The position numbers and the translations under genes were made by a program. Shown here piece after piece: positions 56,237-64,000 of a stretch of DNA of 64,000 bases. The notes below the pieces were generated by a model that worked only from the letters and a program-made list of their open reading frames with translations, made no database searches and had not been told where the DNA came from. The stretch is from a virus (taxonomy: Duplodnaviria > Caudoviricetes). Position 1 is the first letter of the stretch, and each line of letters opens with the position of its first letter. The stretch is taken from IMG/VR virus record IMGVR_UViG_3300027759_000006, positions 1,165-65,164 of that record. One strand, written 5' to 3'.

Positions 56237-56486
56237 GAAAAAAGGTCCCTCCCTTGCGATCGGTCGTGGGGAAAAGTTACCTGCTTCTAAGGGAGCGGGT
56301 TTGACGGCCAAGGGCCGTGCCAAGTACAACGCAGCAACAGGAAGCAACTTAAAAGCCCCGCAACCACAAGGCGGCAAGCGCAAGGACTCGTTCTGCGCAC
56401 GCATGAGTGGTATGCCCGGCCCCATGAAAGACGAGAAGGGCAAGCCAACTCGGAAAGCCGCTTCACTAGCAAGATGGAAATGTTGA
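56229..56486 (+). CDS. small basic protein
   Basis: GLTAKGR, SFCARM, RW.C motifs. Confidence 0.75.
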   Translation: MAKKKGPSLAIGRGEKLPASKGAGLTAKGRAKYNAATGSNLKAPQPQGGKRKDSFCARMSGMPGPMKDEKGKPTRKAASLARWKC

Positions 56487-56487
56487 C

Positions 56488-56706
56488 ATGAACCACGACG
56501 TAAAAACAATGACTGATGGCGCTGCCGTAGTAATGGGCCTTGGGGGTTTCTTGGGATGGATGACGCCCGTAGTAACGCTAATTGGCGGCGTGTTGACCAT
56601 TGTGTGGATGGTTATTCGCATCTGGGAAACTGATACCGTACAACGGTGGGCATATCAAGATGCCGTCAACCGCAAGAAAGCCGACGATGAAGACAAAAAA
56701 GTTTGA
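56488..56706 (+). CDS. small membrane protein
   Basis: Hydrophobic core, IRIWET.TV. Confidence 0.7.
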   Translation: MNHDVKTMTDGAAVVMGLGGFLGWMTPVVTLIGGVLTIVWMVIRIWETDTVQRWAYQDAVNRKKADDEDKKV

Positions 56707-57001
56707 TGCTGGTGGCTTGACTGGTGGCGGGGCCAAAGGTGCTCTGGATCAGGTTGGCCAATCTTTGGACCAAATCAGCAACGCGCTCAACGGCGGGCAG
56801 AAGTCCTCTTTTGGTTTTGCCCCAAATGCGTCGCCTGGATTGCCCGGCCCCAACACATCACCGGGACTGCCTACTGCCACTGAAGCAATGAGCAAACTGT
56901 CCCCGGGTAGCACTTTTAAAAAGGGCGGCAAGGTATCTAAAAGCGCTAAGCGCGGCGATGGTATTGCCCAGCGCGGTAGGACGCGCGGAAGGTACATGTA
57001 A
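56660..57001 (+). CDS. small basic protein with xxxGG tags
   Basis: FDAGG, FKKGG, RGDGIAQRGRTRG; start 56660 or 56687. Confidence 0.7.
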   Translation: MPSTARKPTMKTKKFDAGGLTGGGAKGALDQVGQSLDQISNALNGGQKSSFGFAPNASPGLPGPNTSPGLPTATEAMSKLSPGSTFKKGGKVSKSAKRGDGIAQRGRTRGRYM

Positions 57002-57402
57002 TGCCCAGCGGCAGCGCCAAGCAGCACAAGTTCATGGAGGCGGTGGCCCACAGCCCATCGTTTGCCAAGAAGGTAGGGGTCCCACAGTCCGTGGGCAAAG
57101 ATTTCAGCAACGCCGACAAAGGCAAAACTTTTAAAAGAGGTGGTGATATGGCAGGCAAAATGAATCCCGGTTTTATGGCAATGATGGCCAAGAAAAAAGG
57201 CATGCAAGAAGGCTCTAAAGCCGACATGGCATCTGACAAAAAGCAAATGATGGGCATGAAAAAAGGCGGGGCTGCTAAAAAGATGATGGGTGGCGGCATG
57301 GCTTACGCCAAAGGCGGCTCTGCATCCTCAAGGGCTGATGGTATTGCTCAGCGTGGCAAGACCAAAGGCAAAATGATGGCCAAGGGCGGCAAGGCCTGCT
57401 AA
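57001..57402 (+). CDS. K/M/G-rich basic protein with five xxxGG tags
   Basis: TAATG coupling; repeats of [FMY]xxGG. Confidence 0.75.
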   Translation: MPSGSAKQHKFMEAVAHSPSFAKKVGVPQSVGKDFSNADKGKTFKRGGDMAGKMNPGFMAMMAKKKGMQEGSKADMASDKKQMMGMKKGGAAKKMMGGGMAYAKGGSASSRADGIAQRGKTKGKMMAKGGKAC

Positions 57403-57412
57403 GGACCACAGT

Positions 57413-57688
57413 ATGAAAGCCAGCCGGGGGATGGGGGCTATCCTGCCCTCCAAAATGCCCAAAGGCGTCCGCAAGGCACGCCGGGACGACACTGACTTCA
57501 CTGAGTACGCCGAAGGCGGGACGGTGAATGCGGCTGGGAATTACACTAAGCCGAGTATGCGCAAACGGATTGTGTCCCAGGTAAAGGCTGCGGCTACACA
57601 GGGAACAGGCGCAGGTCAGTGGTCAGCCCGTAAGGCACAACTTGTGGCTAAGAAGTACAAGGCTGCTGGTGGGGGATACAAAGATTGA
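57413..57688 (+). CDS. small basic protein
   Basis: YAEGG, NYTKP, GQWSARKAQ, YK.AGGGY. Confidence 0.75.
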   Translation: MKASRGMGAILPSKMPKGVRKARRDDTDFTEYAEGGTVNAAGNYTKPSMRKRIVSQVKAAATQGTGAGQWSARKAQLVAKKYKAAGGGYKD

Positions 57689-57918
57689 AAGCACCGCAGA
57701 CTTCCCTTAAAAACTGGGGCGACCAGAAATGGCGTACCAAGTCGGGGAAGCCTTCGTCCAAGACGGGGGAGCGGTACCTCCCAGAAGCTGCGATCAAGTC
57801 TTTGTCCTCTGCTGAATACGCAGCAACCACCAAGGCCAAACGCGCGGGTAAGGCGGCAGGTAAACAGTTTGTGGCGCAACCCAAATCAATAGCAAAGAAA
57901 ACGGCAGGATTTAGATGA
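57685..57918 (+). CDS. small basic protein
   Basis: W..QKWRTKSGK, ERYLP; TTGA and ATGA coupling. Confidence 0.75.
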   Translation: MKAPQTSLKNWGDQKWRTKSGKPSSKTGERYLPEAAIKSLSSAEYAATTKAKRAGKAAGKQFVAQPKSIAKKTAGFR

Positions 57919-58847
57919 CCACAACCGGCGCTACATCGTTTAACCCTGACTTCACGGAGATTGCCGAGGAAGCATGGGAGAGGGCTGGCCGTGAGATGCG
58001 TTCTGGCTACGACCTGCGCACTGCCCGCAGGTCCATGAACTTGATGACCATCGAGTGGGCCAATCGTGGTCTGAACATGTGGACGATTGAGGCTGGGTCT
58101 TTCCCGCTGGTGCAGGGATTGAATACTTATCCGCTGCCATTGGATACTATTGACCTGCTGGATCATGTGATCCGCACGGGCGGCAACAGCGCCACCACTC
58201 AAGCTGACTTGTCCATCACGCGTATTAGTGTTTCTACCTACGCCACAATCCCCAACAAGTTAACCCAAGCCCGGCCTATTCAGGTCTGGATTCAGCGTTT
58301 GTCTGGTGAAACCAGCACGACCACTTTGACGTTGGCAAGCACTATCACCAGCACAGCCACCACACTTACCCTAAGTTCGACTGTGGGACTAGCATCATCT
58401 GGCTACATCAAGCTGGACAATGAGACCATGTACTACGGCTACATTGACGGAAACACTTTAAACAGCATATTTCGCGGGCAAAACAACACCACGGCAGCGG
58501 CTCACACCGCCGCAACAGCCGTCTATGTGCCCCAGCTACCCGCTGTAACTGTGTGGCCGACTCCGGATGGGTCCACCTCCTATGAATTTGTCTACTACCG
58601 CATGCGGCGTGTTCAAGATGCTGGCGCGGGTGTGGAGACTGCGGACATGAACTTCCGCTTCCTCCCAGCGGTGACCGCCGGGTTGGCGTACTATATTGCG
58701 ATGAAGGTCCCTGAACTGCAAGGACGCATGGAGATGCTCAAAGCGGTCTACGACGAGCAGTTTGGCCTTGCCGCAGGTGAAGATCACGAGAAAGCCGCGT
58801 TGCGCCTTGTGCCAAGGCAGTCCTTCATCGGGGGGAGCACTCCGTAA
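57915..58847 (+). CDS. head-tail adaptor / tail tubular protein
   Basis: EEAWER, EWANRG, VWPTPD, GLAYY; internal fibre-like insert. Confidence 0.75.
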   Translation: MTTTGATSFNPDFTEIAEEAWERAGREMRSGYDLRTARRSMNLMTIEWANRGLNMWTIEAGSFPLVQGLNTYPLPLDTIDLLDHVIRTGGNSATTQADLSITRISVSTYATIPNKLTQARPIQVWIQRLSGETSTTTLTLASTITSTATTLTLSSTVGLASSGYIKLDNETMYYGYIDGNTLNSIFRGQNNTTAAAHTAATAVYVPQLPAVTVWPTPDGSTSYEFVYYRMRRVQDAGAGVETADMNFRFLPAVTAGLAYYIAMKVPELQGRMEMLKAVYDEQFGLAAGEDHEKAALRLVPRQSFIGGSTP

Positions 58848-59236
58848 TGGGTAATCGGTTCTCCTCTGGCAAGTTTTCAATTGCCGAGTGCGATCGGTGC
58901 GGGCAACGCTTTAAACTCAAACAGCTTAAAAACGAGGTCATCAAGACCAAGCTGTTCCAGATCAAGGTGTGCCCAGAGTGCTGGGACCCAGACCAACCGC
59001 AGTTACAGTTGGGCATGTATCCGGTGGATGATCCTCAAGCGGTTCGTCAACCCAGGCCAGATACAACTTATGTGACTTCGGGTATCAACGCGGGCGGGTT
59101 TCCGTCTGGCGGGTCAAGGGATATTCAGTGGGGCTGGAGACCGGTAGGCGGGTCCAGCTTTTTTGATGTGGATTTAACGCCAAACTACTTGGTGGCAACC
59201 ACAAGTGTTGGTACAGTAACGGTAAGCGTAACTTAG
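58847..59236 (+). CDS. zinc-ribbon tail-module protein
   Basis: CDRCG...CPEC, DPQA. Confidence 0.75.
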   Translation: MGNRFSSGKFSIAECDRCGQRFKLKQLKNEVIKTKLFQIKVCPECWDPDQPQLQLGMYPVDDPQAVRQPRPDTTYVTSGINAGGFPSGGSRDIQWGWRPVGGSSFFDVDLTPNYLVATTSVGTVTVSVT

Positions 59237-59244
59237 GAGCAGAC

Positions 59245-59436
59245 ATGGACAAGAAAGATATGGCACAAGACAAGGCTATGATCAAAAAAGCCTTCTCACA
59301 GCACGATGCCCAAAAACACAAGGGTGGCAAGGGTACTGCCTTGAAACTTAAAAAAGGTGGGCCTACCAGTATGGATCGTAAGACGTATGGGAAGAACCTC
59401 TCCCGTGCAATGAACCAGAAATCTGGGAGCAAATAA
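59245..59436 (+). CDS. small basic protein
   Basis: AGGAG RBS; LKKGG. Confidence 0.7.
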   Translation: MDKKDMAQDKAMIKKAFSQHDAQKHKGGKGTALKLKKGGPTSMDRKTYGKNLSRAMNQKSGSK

Positions 59437-59687
59437 TGGCTACATTCAGCAAAAAAGTGATGGGTAAAGAAGTCGGCTCCGCCAGCGTCTACGCCGCACC
59501 GCACACCATGGACGGTAAGCCCGGCGTGGCTATGCGCCCCAAAGCAGCCATGCCCCGTAAAGCCGATTGGACCCCCATGGATGGCGTGAGCATCGGTAAC
59601 AACGATGAAGTCAAGACCAGTGGCATCAAGATGCGCGGTACTGGCGCGGCCACCAAAGGTGTGATGTCCAGAGGCCCGATGGGTTGA
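59436..59687 (+). CDS. small basic protein
   Basis: KMRGTGAATKG motif; TAATG coupling. Confidence 0.7.
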   Translation: MATFSKKVMGKEVGSASVYAAPHTMDGKPGVAMRPKAAMPRKADWTPMDGVSIGNNDEVKTSGIKMRGTGAATKGVMSRGPMG

Positions 59688-59694
59688 GGTTTTT

Positions 59695-60354
59695 ATGGCA
59701 ATGACTTATGCCCAGCTTGTAGTCGCTGTCAGCGATTATTGTGAAAACACGTTCAATACAACGGACATGAACACGATGATCAAGCAGGCGGAGCAGCGCA
59801 TCTACAACACGGTCCAGATTGCGAACTTGCGCAAGAACGTGACCGGAACGCTCACGGCTAGTAATAAGTACTTGTCATGCCCAGACGATTTCTTGTCTGT
59901 GTATTCGCTGGCTATCTATCCAAGCGGCGGGGGGAGCTACATCTATTTGCTCAACAAGGATGTGAACTTCATGCGGGATGCGTATCCCAACCCCACCACA
60001 ACGGGTACACCCAAGCATTACGCCATTTTTGGCCCTCAGTCTACCAATGTGAACGAGTTGTCGTTTATTGTTGGCCCAACACCAAACAGCGCTTACGGCG
60101 CTGAACTGCATTACTACTATTACCCGGAGTCCATTGTGACGGCCTCGACCACTTGGCTGGGCGACAACTTTGACTCTGCACTTCTGTATGGGACGTTGCT
60201 TGAAGCCATCACCTACATGAAGGGTGAGAAGGACTTAGTTGAACTCTATCAAGCGCAGTATTTGCAAGCAATTACTTTGCTCAAGAACTTGGGTGACGGC
60301 AAGCAGCGCATGGATGCGTATCGGGATGGGCAGACTAGGATCAAGGTAAATTAA
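59695..60354 (+). CDS. second adaptor / tail tubular protein
   Basis: IKQAEQRI, GTPKHY, VGPTP, TWL..NF..ALLYG.L.EA. Confidence 0.75.
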   Translation: MAMTYAQLVVAVSDYCENTFNTTDMNTMIKQAEQRIYNTVQIANLRKNVTGTLTASNKYLSCPDDFLSVYSLAIYPSGGGSYIYLLNKDVNFMRDAYPNPTTTGTPKHYAIFGPQSTNVNELSFIVGPTPNSAYGAELHYYYYPESIVTASTTWLGDNFDSALLYGTLLEAITYMKGEKDLVELYQAQYLQAITLLKNLGDGKQRMDAYRDGQTRIKVN

Positions 60355-60773
60355 TGTCCATTGTCCAAACCCAAACCACCAGCTTCAAAGCGGAGCTTTA
60401 TCAGGGCATCCATGACTTGACCACGGATGTGATCAAGATCGCCCTGTATACAGCCAACGCAAGTTTAAACGAAGGCACAACGGTGTATTCGGCAACCAAT
60501 GAAGTGGTGGCTACAGGCACTTATGTGGCTGGCGGGGCAACAATGACCGGCATCACGGTTAGCACATCTGGCTATACGGCCTATGTAGGGTTTGACAATG
60601 TATCCTGGACAGCGGCCCTGACGGCCCGATGCGCCTTGATCTACAACTCAACCCAGGGCAACAAATCGGTGGCCGTGTTGGACTTTGGGTCTGACAAAAC
60701 ATCGGTCACCACGTTCTTAATCACGATGCCATCCAACACATCAACCACAGCATTGATCAGGAGTTCAAATTGA
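60354..60773 (+). CDS. virion structural protein (paralogue of 60975-61451)
   Basis: TSFK.EL, KIALYT, ALIYN, MP....TTALIR. Confidence 0.75.
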   Translation: MSIVQTQTTSFKAELYQGIHDLTTDVIKIALYTANASLNEGTTVYSATNEVVATGTYVAGGATMTGITVSTSGYTAYVGFDNVSWTAALTARCALIYNSTQGNKSVAVLDFGSDKTSVTTFLITMPSNTSTTALIRSSN

Positions 60774-60964
60774 TAGTCACAACCACCAAAGGCGAGATGG
60801 ATGATTCCTTGCTTGAGAAGCGGGAAGGAACCGTGGACAATGACAATGAACTGACCACTTGGGTTGAGTATTGGCTGGAGGGCGAACTTGTACATCGTTC
60901 TGCCCATGTCCAGTTGAAGAAAATGCCGGTTTTTGCCGGTGCTGAAGCCGCATCAATAGGTTAA
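60770..60964 (+). CDS. small hypothetical protein
   Basis: AGGAG RBS, TTGA coupling. Confidence 0.65.
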   Translation: MIVTTTKGEMDDSLLEKREGTVDNDNELTTWVEYWLEGELVHRSAHVQLKKMPVFAGAEAASIG

Positions 60965-60974
60965 AGGAAACATC

Positions 60975-61451
60975 ATGGCAAACACACAATCAATGACCAC
61001 TTCGTTTATGGGTGAGTTGCTGACAGCAACGCACAACTTTGGCACTGCTCCCACACGGGGCACTAGCGCTACTGACACGTTTAAAGCTGCGCTGTATCTA
61101 ACTTCAGCCACTTACAATGCCGCAACTACGGCATATTCCGCTACTGGGGAAGTGTCAGGTACTGGGTATACAGCGGGTGGAGTAGCCGTAACGGCTGCAA
61201 CTCCTCCTACGGCAACCAATAGTTCTGCAACCGCTGGCGTAGCCTTCTTCACTCCTTCGGCTTCAATCACCTATACCACGGTAACTTTGACCACGGCGTT
61301 TGATGCGGTGTTGATCTATAACTCAACACAGAGTAACAAGGCGGTCAGTGTCCACACCTTTGGCTCCCAGACGATCACGGCTGGAACCTTCACCTTGACG
61401 ATGCCCTCCAACACCACATCAACCGCTTTGTTGCGCTTGGCTACCACCTAA
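60975..61451 (+). CDS. virion structural protein (paralogue of 60354-60773)
   Basis: TSFM.EL, KAALY, VLIYN, MP....STALLR. Confidence 0.75.
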   Translation: MANTQSMTTSFMGELLTATHNFGTAPTRGTSATDTFKAALYLTSATYNAATTAYSATGEVSGTGYTAGGVAVTAATPPTATNSSATAGVAFFTPSASITYTTVTLTTAFDAVLIYNSTQSNKAVSVHTFGSQTITAGTFTLTMPSNTTSTALLRLATT

Positions 61452-61461
61452 GAGGTAGTTC

Positions 61462-62289
61462 ATGTCTCTTGGCTGGGGTGACGGTACATGGAGTAGCGGC
61501 CCTTGGGGTGGAGGGACGGTATATCCAACAGGCAATGAGGCAAATGGCTCTGTTGGATCAGTCTCGCCTGATCGGATTCTTGCCCTCACGGGCGTGTCAG
61601 CTTCTGGTGCAGTTGGGACGATGGCTCCCAGTACATCAGAAGGTGAAGATGGAGATGTAGCTTTTGGTGAGGTTGGCAGTGTAGGGACAGCCCTAGAGAT
61701 TGCCCTGTTTGGTGTTACTGCGGCTGGGGCGGTTGGAACGGTTGACCACGGCAAAGAAATTGCCCTGAGTGGCAACTTGGCTACCGGCGATGACGGGACT
61801 GTGGCGGTAGGGACTCGTTCTCTGGCGTTGACGGGCAATGCAGCATCTGGGGCTGTTGGAGCCGTTATTGGGGGCGCAAGCAAGGCTCTGACCGGGGTTT
61901 CAGCATCTGGGGCGGTTGGCACGGTTGTCCAGAGCGCACAAGTTGAACTGACTGGGAGTTTTGCATCTGGCTTCCCCGGCGGGGTCATTGTTCCGCTGAA
62001 CAGCAACCAAGCGGATGGATCGGTTGGAACCGTTGTCAAAGAGGTGTCGATTTCCCTGACAGGCGTTTCAGCAAGTGCGGCGGTTGGAACAATGTCGATT
62101 GCGGCAAGGACATTTGCCCTGACAGGTGTAAACGCAACAGGATCGGTGGGCAGTGTGATTGCCGTCTACTGGAAGATCATAGATGACACGCAGATACCTT
62201 CGTGGCAAAATATCAACAACCCGCAGACACCGGGCTGGGGAGATGTATCAGATGTACAGACTCCAGCTTGGGAAGAAGTCGTAACTTGA
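61462..62289 (+). CDS. fibre-like structural protein with LTGV.A.G.VG repeats
   Basis: GWG..TW...PWG N-terminus, about 20-aa repeats, W..I...QTP C-terminal repeats. Confidence 0.75.
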   Translation: MSLGWGDGTWSSGPWGGGTVYPTGNEANGSVGSVSPDRILALTGVSASGAVGTMAPSTSEGEDGDVAFGEVGSVGTALEIALFGVTAAGAVGTVDHGKEIALSGNLATGDDGTVAVGTRSLALTGNAASGAVGAVIGGASKALTGVSASGAVGTVVQSAQVELTGSFASGFPGGVIVPLNSNQADGSVGTVVKEVSISLTGVSASAAVGTMSIAARTFALTGVNATGSVGSVIAVYWKIIDDTQIPSWQNINNPQTPGWGDVSDVQTPAWEEVVT

Positions 62290-62298
62290 GGTTTAAAC

Positions 62299-63201
62299 AT
62301 GGCAACAGCAGCAACATCACTATTGGGTTTGGCCCTTCCGGTCACGGGAGAGCTAAGTGGCACATGGGGCGACACGGTCAACAACAGCATCACGGCGCTG
62401 TTGGACACGGCTATTGCAGGCACAACCACCATCACCTCTGATGCGGATGTAACGCTCACCACTACAACCCTTGCGGCCAACACATCACGGCAGGCTGTTC
62501 TCCTGTGGACGGCCAGCGGGACAGCTACCCGCACCATCACGGCCCCGGCTCAGTCCAAGATATACATCGTCATTAACAAGACAGGTAGCACCCAGAGCAT
62601 CAAGCTGGTGGGCGTAGGCCCAACCACCGGGGTCACCATTGTTGCCAATGAATACGCAGTTTGTGCATGGAACGGCACTGACTTCATTAAGATCAGCAAC
62701 ACCAACGGGGCGGTATCGTTTACCACCCTGACCGCAACGGCTGACTCCAGCTTTACCTCCACGGGTGCGTTGACGATCAGCAAGGGAACGACTGGGCAAC
62801 AGCCCGGCTCGCCTGTAACGGGCATGATGCGGTACAACAGTACCACCAACCAGTTTGAAGGCTACAGCGGGGCATCTCCTGCTTGGAAATCAATTGGTGG
62901 ATCGGCTCTTAGCAACGACACCAGCACCGCAAGCAACTTGTACCCAGTGTTTGCCGGGGCAACGACAGGCACGGCAGAGAACCTGTACACCGGGAATGCC
63001 TATTTGCTGTACAAGCCCTCCACGGGTGAATTGCAGGCCAGAGTGCCAGTGGCAAGCAACGGGATTGTGGTAAACAGCCAAACAGTGGCTACCAGCTACA
63101 CAATTGCGGCAGGGTTCTCAGGTATGTCGGCAGGGCCGATCACCGTGTCGAGCGGTCAGGCGGTTACTGTTTCCAGCGGCTCACGCTGGGTAATTCAATA
63201 A
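62299..63201 (+). CDS. tail fibre (proximal/anchor) protein
   Basis: GELSGTWG..VN, GTT..P, GMMRYN....FEGY, SAGPITV..G..VTV..GS.W. Confidence 0.8.
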   Translation: MATAATSLLGLALPVTGELSGTWGDTVNNSITALLDTAIAGTTTITSDADVTLTTTTLAANTSRQAVLLWTASGTATRTITAPAQSKIYIVINKTGSTQSIKLVGVGPTTGVTIVANEYAVCAWNGTDFIKISNTNGAVSFTTLTATADSSFTSTGALTISKGTTGQQPGSPVTGMMRYNSTTNQFEGYSGASPAWKSIGGSALSNDTSTASNLYPVFAGATTGTAENLYTGNAYLLYKPSTGELQARVPVASNGIVVNSQTVATSYTIAAGFSGMSAGPITVSSGQAVTVSSGSRWVIQ

Positions 63202-63210
63202 GGATTTAAT

Positions 63211-64000
63211 ATGGCAAGCGTTGTTGTAAATGGAGATACATCAGGGGCTGTAACCCTGACCGCACCAGCAGTGGCTGGCACTGTGACTGTGACTTTGCCG
63301 TCCACATCGGGGGTTATGGCTGTTGGCGGCGGGACGATCACCACCCTTACCACCACAAGCGACATCACGGTTCAAGGGGTCACCGTAGGCCGTGGCGCAG
63401 GTGCTGTATCCACCAACACTGCGGTGGGTGCAAGTGCTTTGGCGGGTTCAAACACGGGCATAAACAACACAGCAATTGGCTCGTCTGCTCTTGTGTCAAA
63501 CACATCGGGAAATCGCAATGTTGCCGTTGGGTCAAGTGCTTTAGCAAGTAACACTACAGGTGTTGAAAATACTGCTGTTGGGCATGATGTTGCGTCTGGA
63601 AACACAACGGGTTCATACAATGTGGCGTTTGGAAGAAGCGCAATGTCTTCCAACACTTCTGGTTCATATAATTCTGCAATTGGATTTTCGGCGCTTAACT
63701 CCAACACCACCGCCTCTTATAGTACCGCAGTAGGCTATCAAGCGCTTAAAGCAAATACTACTGGCGCAGAAAACACGGCTGTTGGAGGAAATGCAGGATT
63801 AGCCAATACAACAGGTTCATATAATTCTGTTTTTGGTACAGCATCTTTTGTTTCAAACACATCAGGTGCAAGTAACACAGGCGTTGGACATGGTACTTTA
63901 GGCTCTAACACAACAGGCTCAACCAACACAGCCGTTGGTCGTGATGCACTCCAAGCCAACACCACAGCCTCTAACAACACTGCTGTAGGTTATCAGGCGG
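63211..64000 (+). CDS. tail fibre with 14-aa beta-roll repeats (partial, runs off the window)
   Basis: AAGGA RBS; repeated NT.G..NTA[VI]G..AL units; no stop seen before the window end. Confidence 0.85.
   Translation, partial: MASVVVNGDTSGAVTLTAPAVAGTVTVTLPSTSGVMAVGGGTITTLTTTSDITVQGVTVGRGAGAVSTNTAVGASALAGSNTGINNTAIGSSALVSNTSGNRNVAVGSSALASNTTGVENTAVGHDVASGNTTGSYNVAFGRSAMSSNTSGSYNSAIGFSALNSNTTASYSTAVGYQALKANTTGAENTAVGGNAGLANTTGSYNSVFGTASFVSNTSGASNTGVGHGTLGSNTTGSTNTAVGRDALQANTTASNNTAVGYQA

Noticed and set aside
1-64000. Many long antisense or alternative-frame ORFs in the track (e.g. 10282-11064, 13510-14352, 14371-15234, 49125-49820, 55703-56509)
   Set aside because: They shadow well-supported genes, lack RBSs and motifs, and are expected at this GC content
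1-64000. tRNA genes, introns/inteins in terL, polA or helicase, and stop-codon reassignment
   Set aside because: No cloverleaf seen by eye; core genes are uninterrupted and of normal length under the standard code (tRNAscan not run)

Overview
The window is most or all of a circularly permuted, roughly 55% GC tailed dsDNA phage genome (podovirus-like Caudoviricetes). Tail-fibre genes sit at both edges. A Proteobacterial, possibly freshwater Burkholderiales, host is inferred but not shown. The + strand late arm (45.4-64 kb, continuing 1-19.3 kb) encodes an HNH nuclease, terminase small and large subunits, portal, GroES, scaffold, a Mu gpT-like major capsid protein, a glycosyltransferase, a cluster of small basic proteins, adaptor and tail proteins, several fibres, a holin-lysozyme cassette and four probable internal/ejection proteins, the last a 1939-aa LPD38-type polyvalent protein. 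The - strand arm (45.2 to 19.3 kb) encodes about 40 small early genes, a MoxR-like AAA ATPase, a vWA-metallopeptidase, and a replication module (VRR-NUC, PolA, Cas4-like exonuclease, HNH, SNF2 helicase, SSB-like protein, DUF927 primase-helicase). I found no integrase, tRNA, CRISPR array or reverse transcriptase. The least explained signals are: (1) a [MFYL]xxGG peptide tag occurring about 17 times in 8 otherwise unrelated virion-module proteins, alongside a lambda-gpH-like GEFV domain (candidate capsid-sorting or processing system); (2) 11 copies of the palindrome TCTAATATTAGA confined to the early region; (3) two structured intergenic RNAs exposing anti-Shine-Dalgarno sequences; (4) a pseudoknotted RNA downstream of the capsid gene; (5) a 600-nt boxA-containing non-coding leader; (6) an iteron/AT-rich putative origin and G-quadruplex motifs at the early/late divergence. 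All family assignments come from motif recognition by eye; no database search was run.
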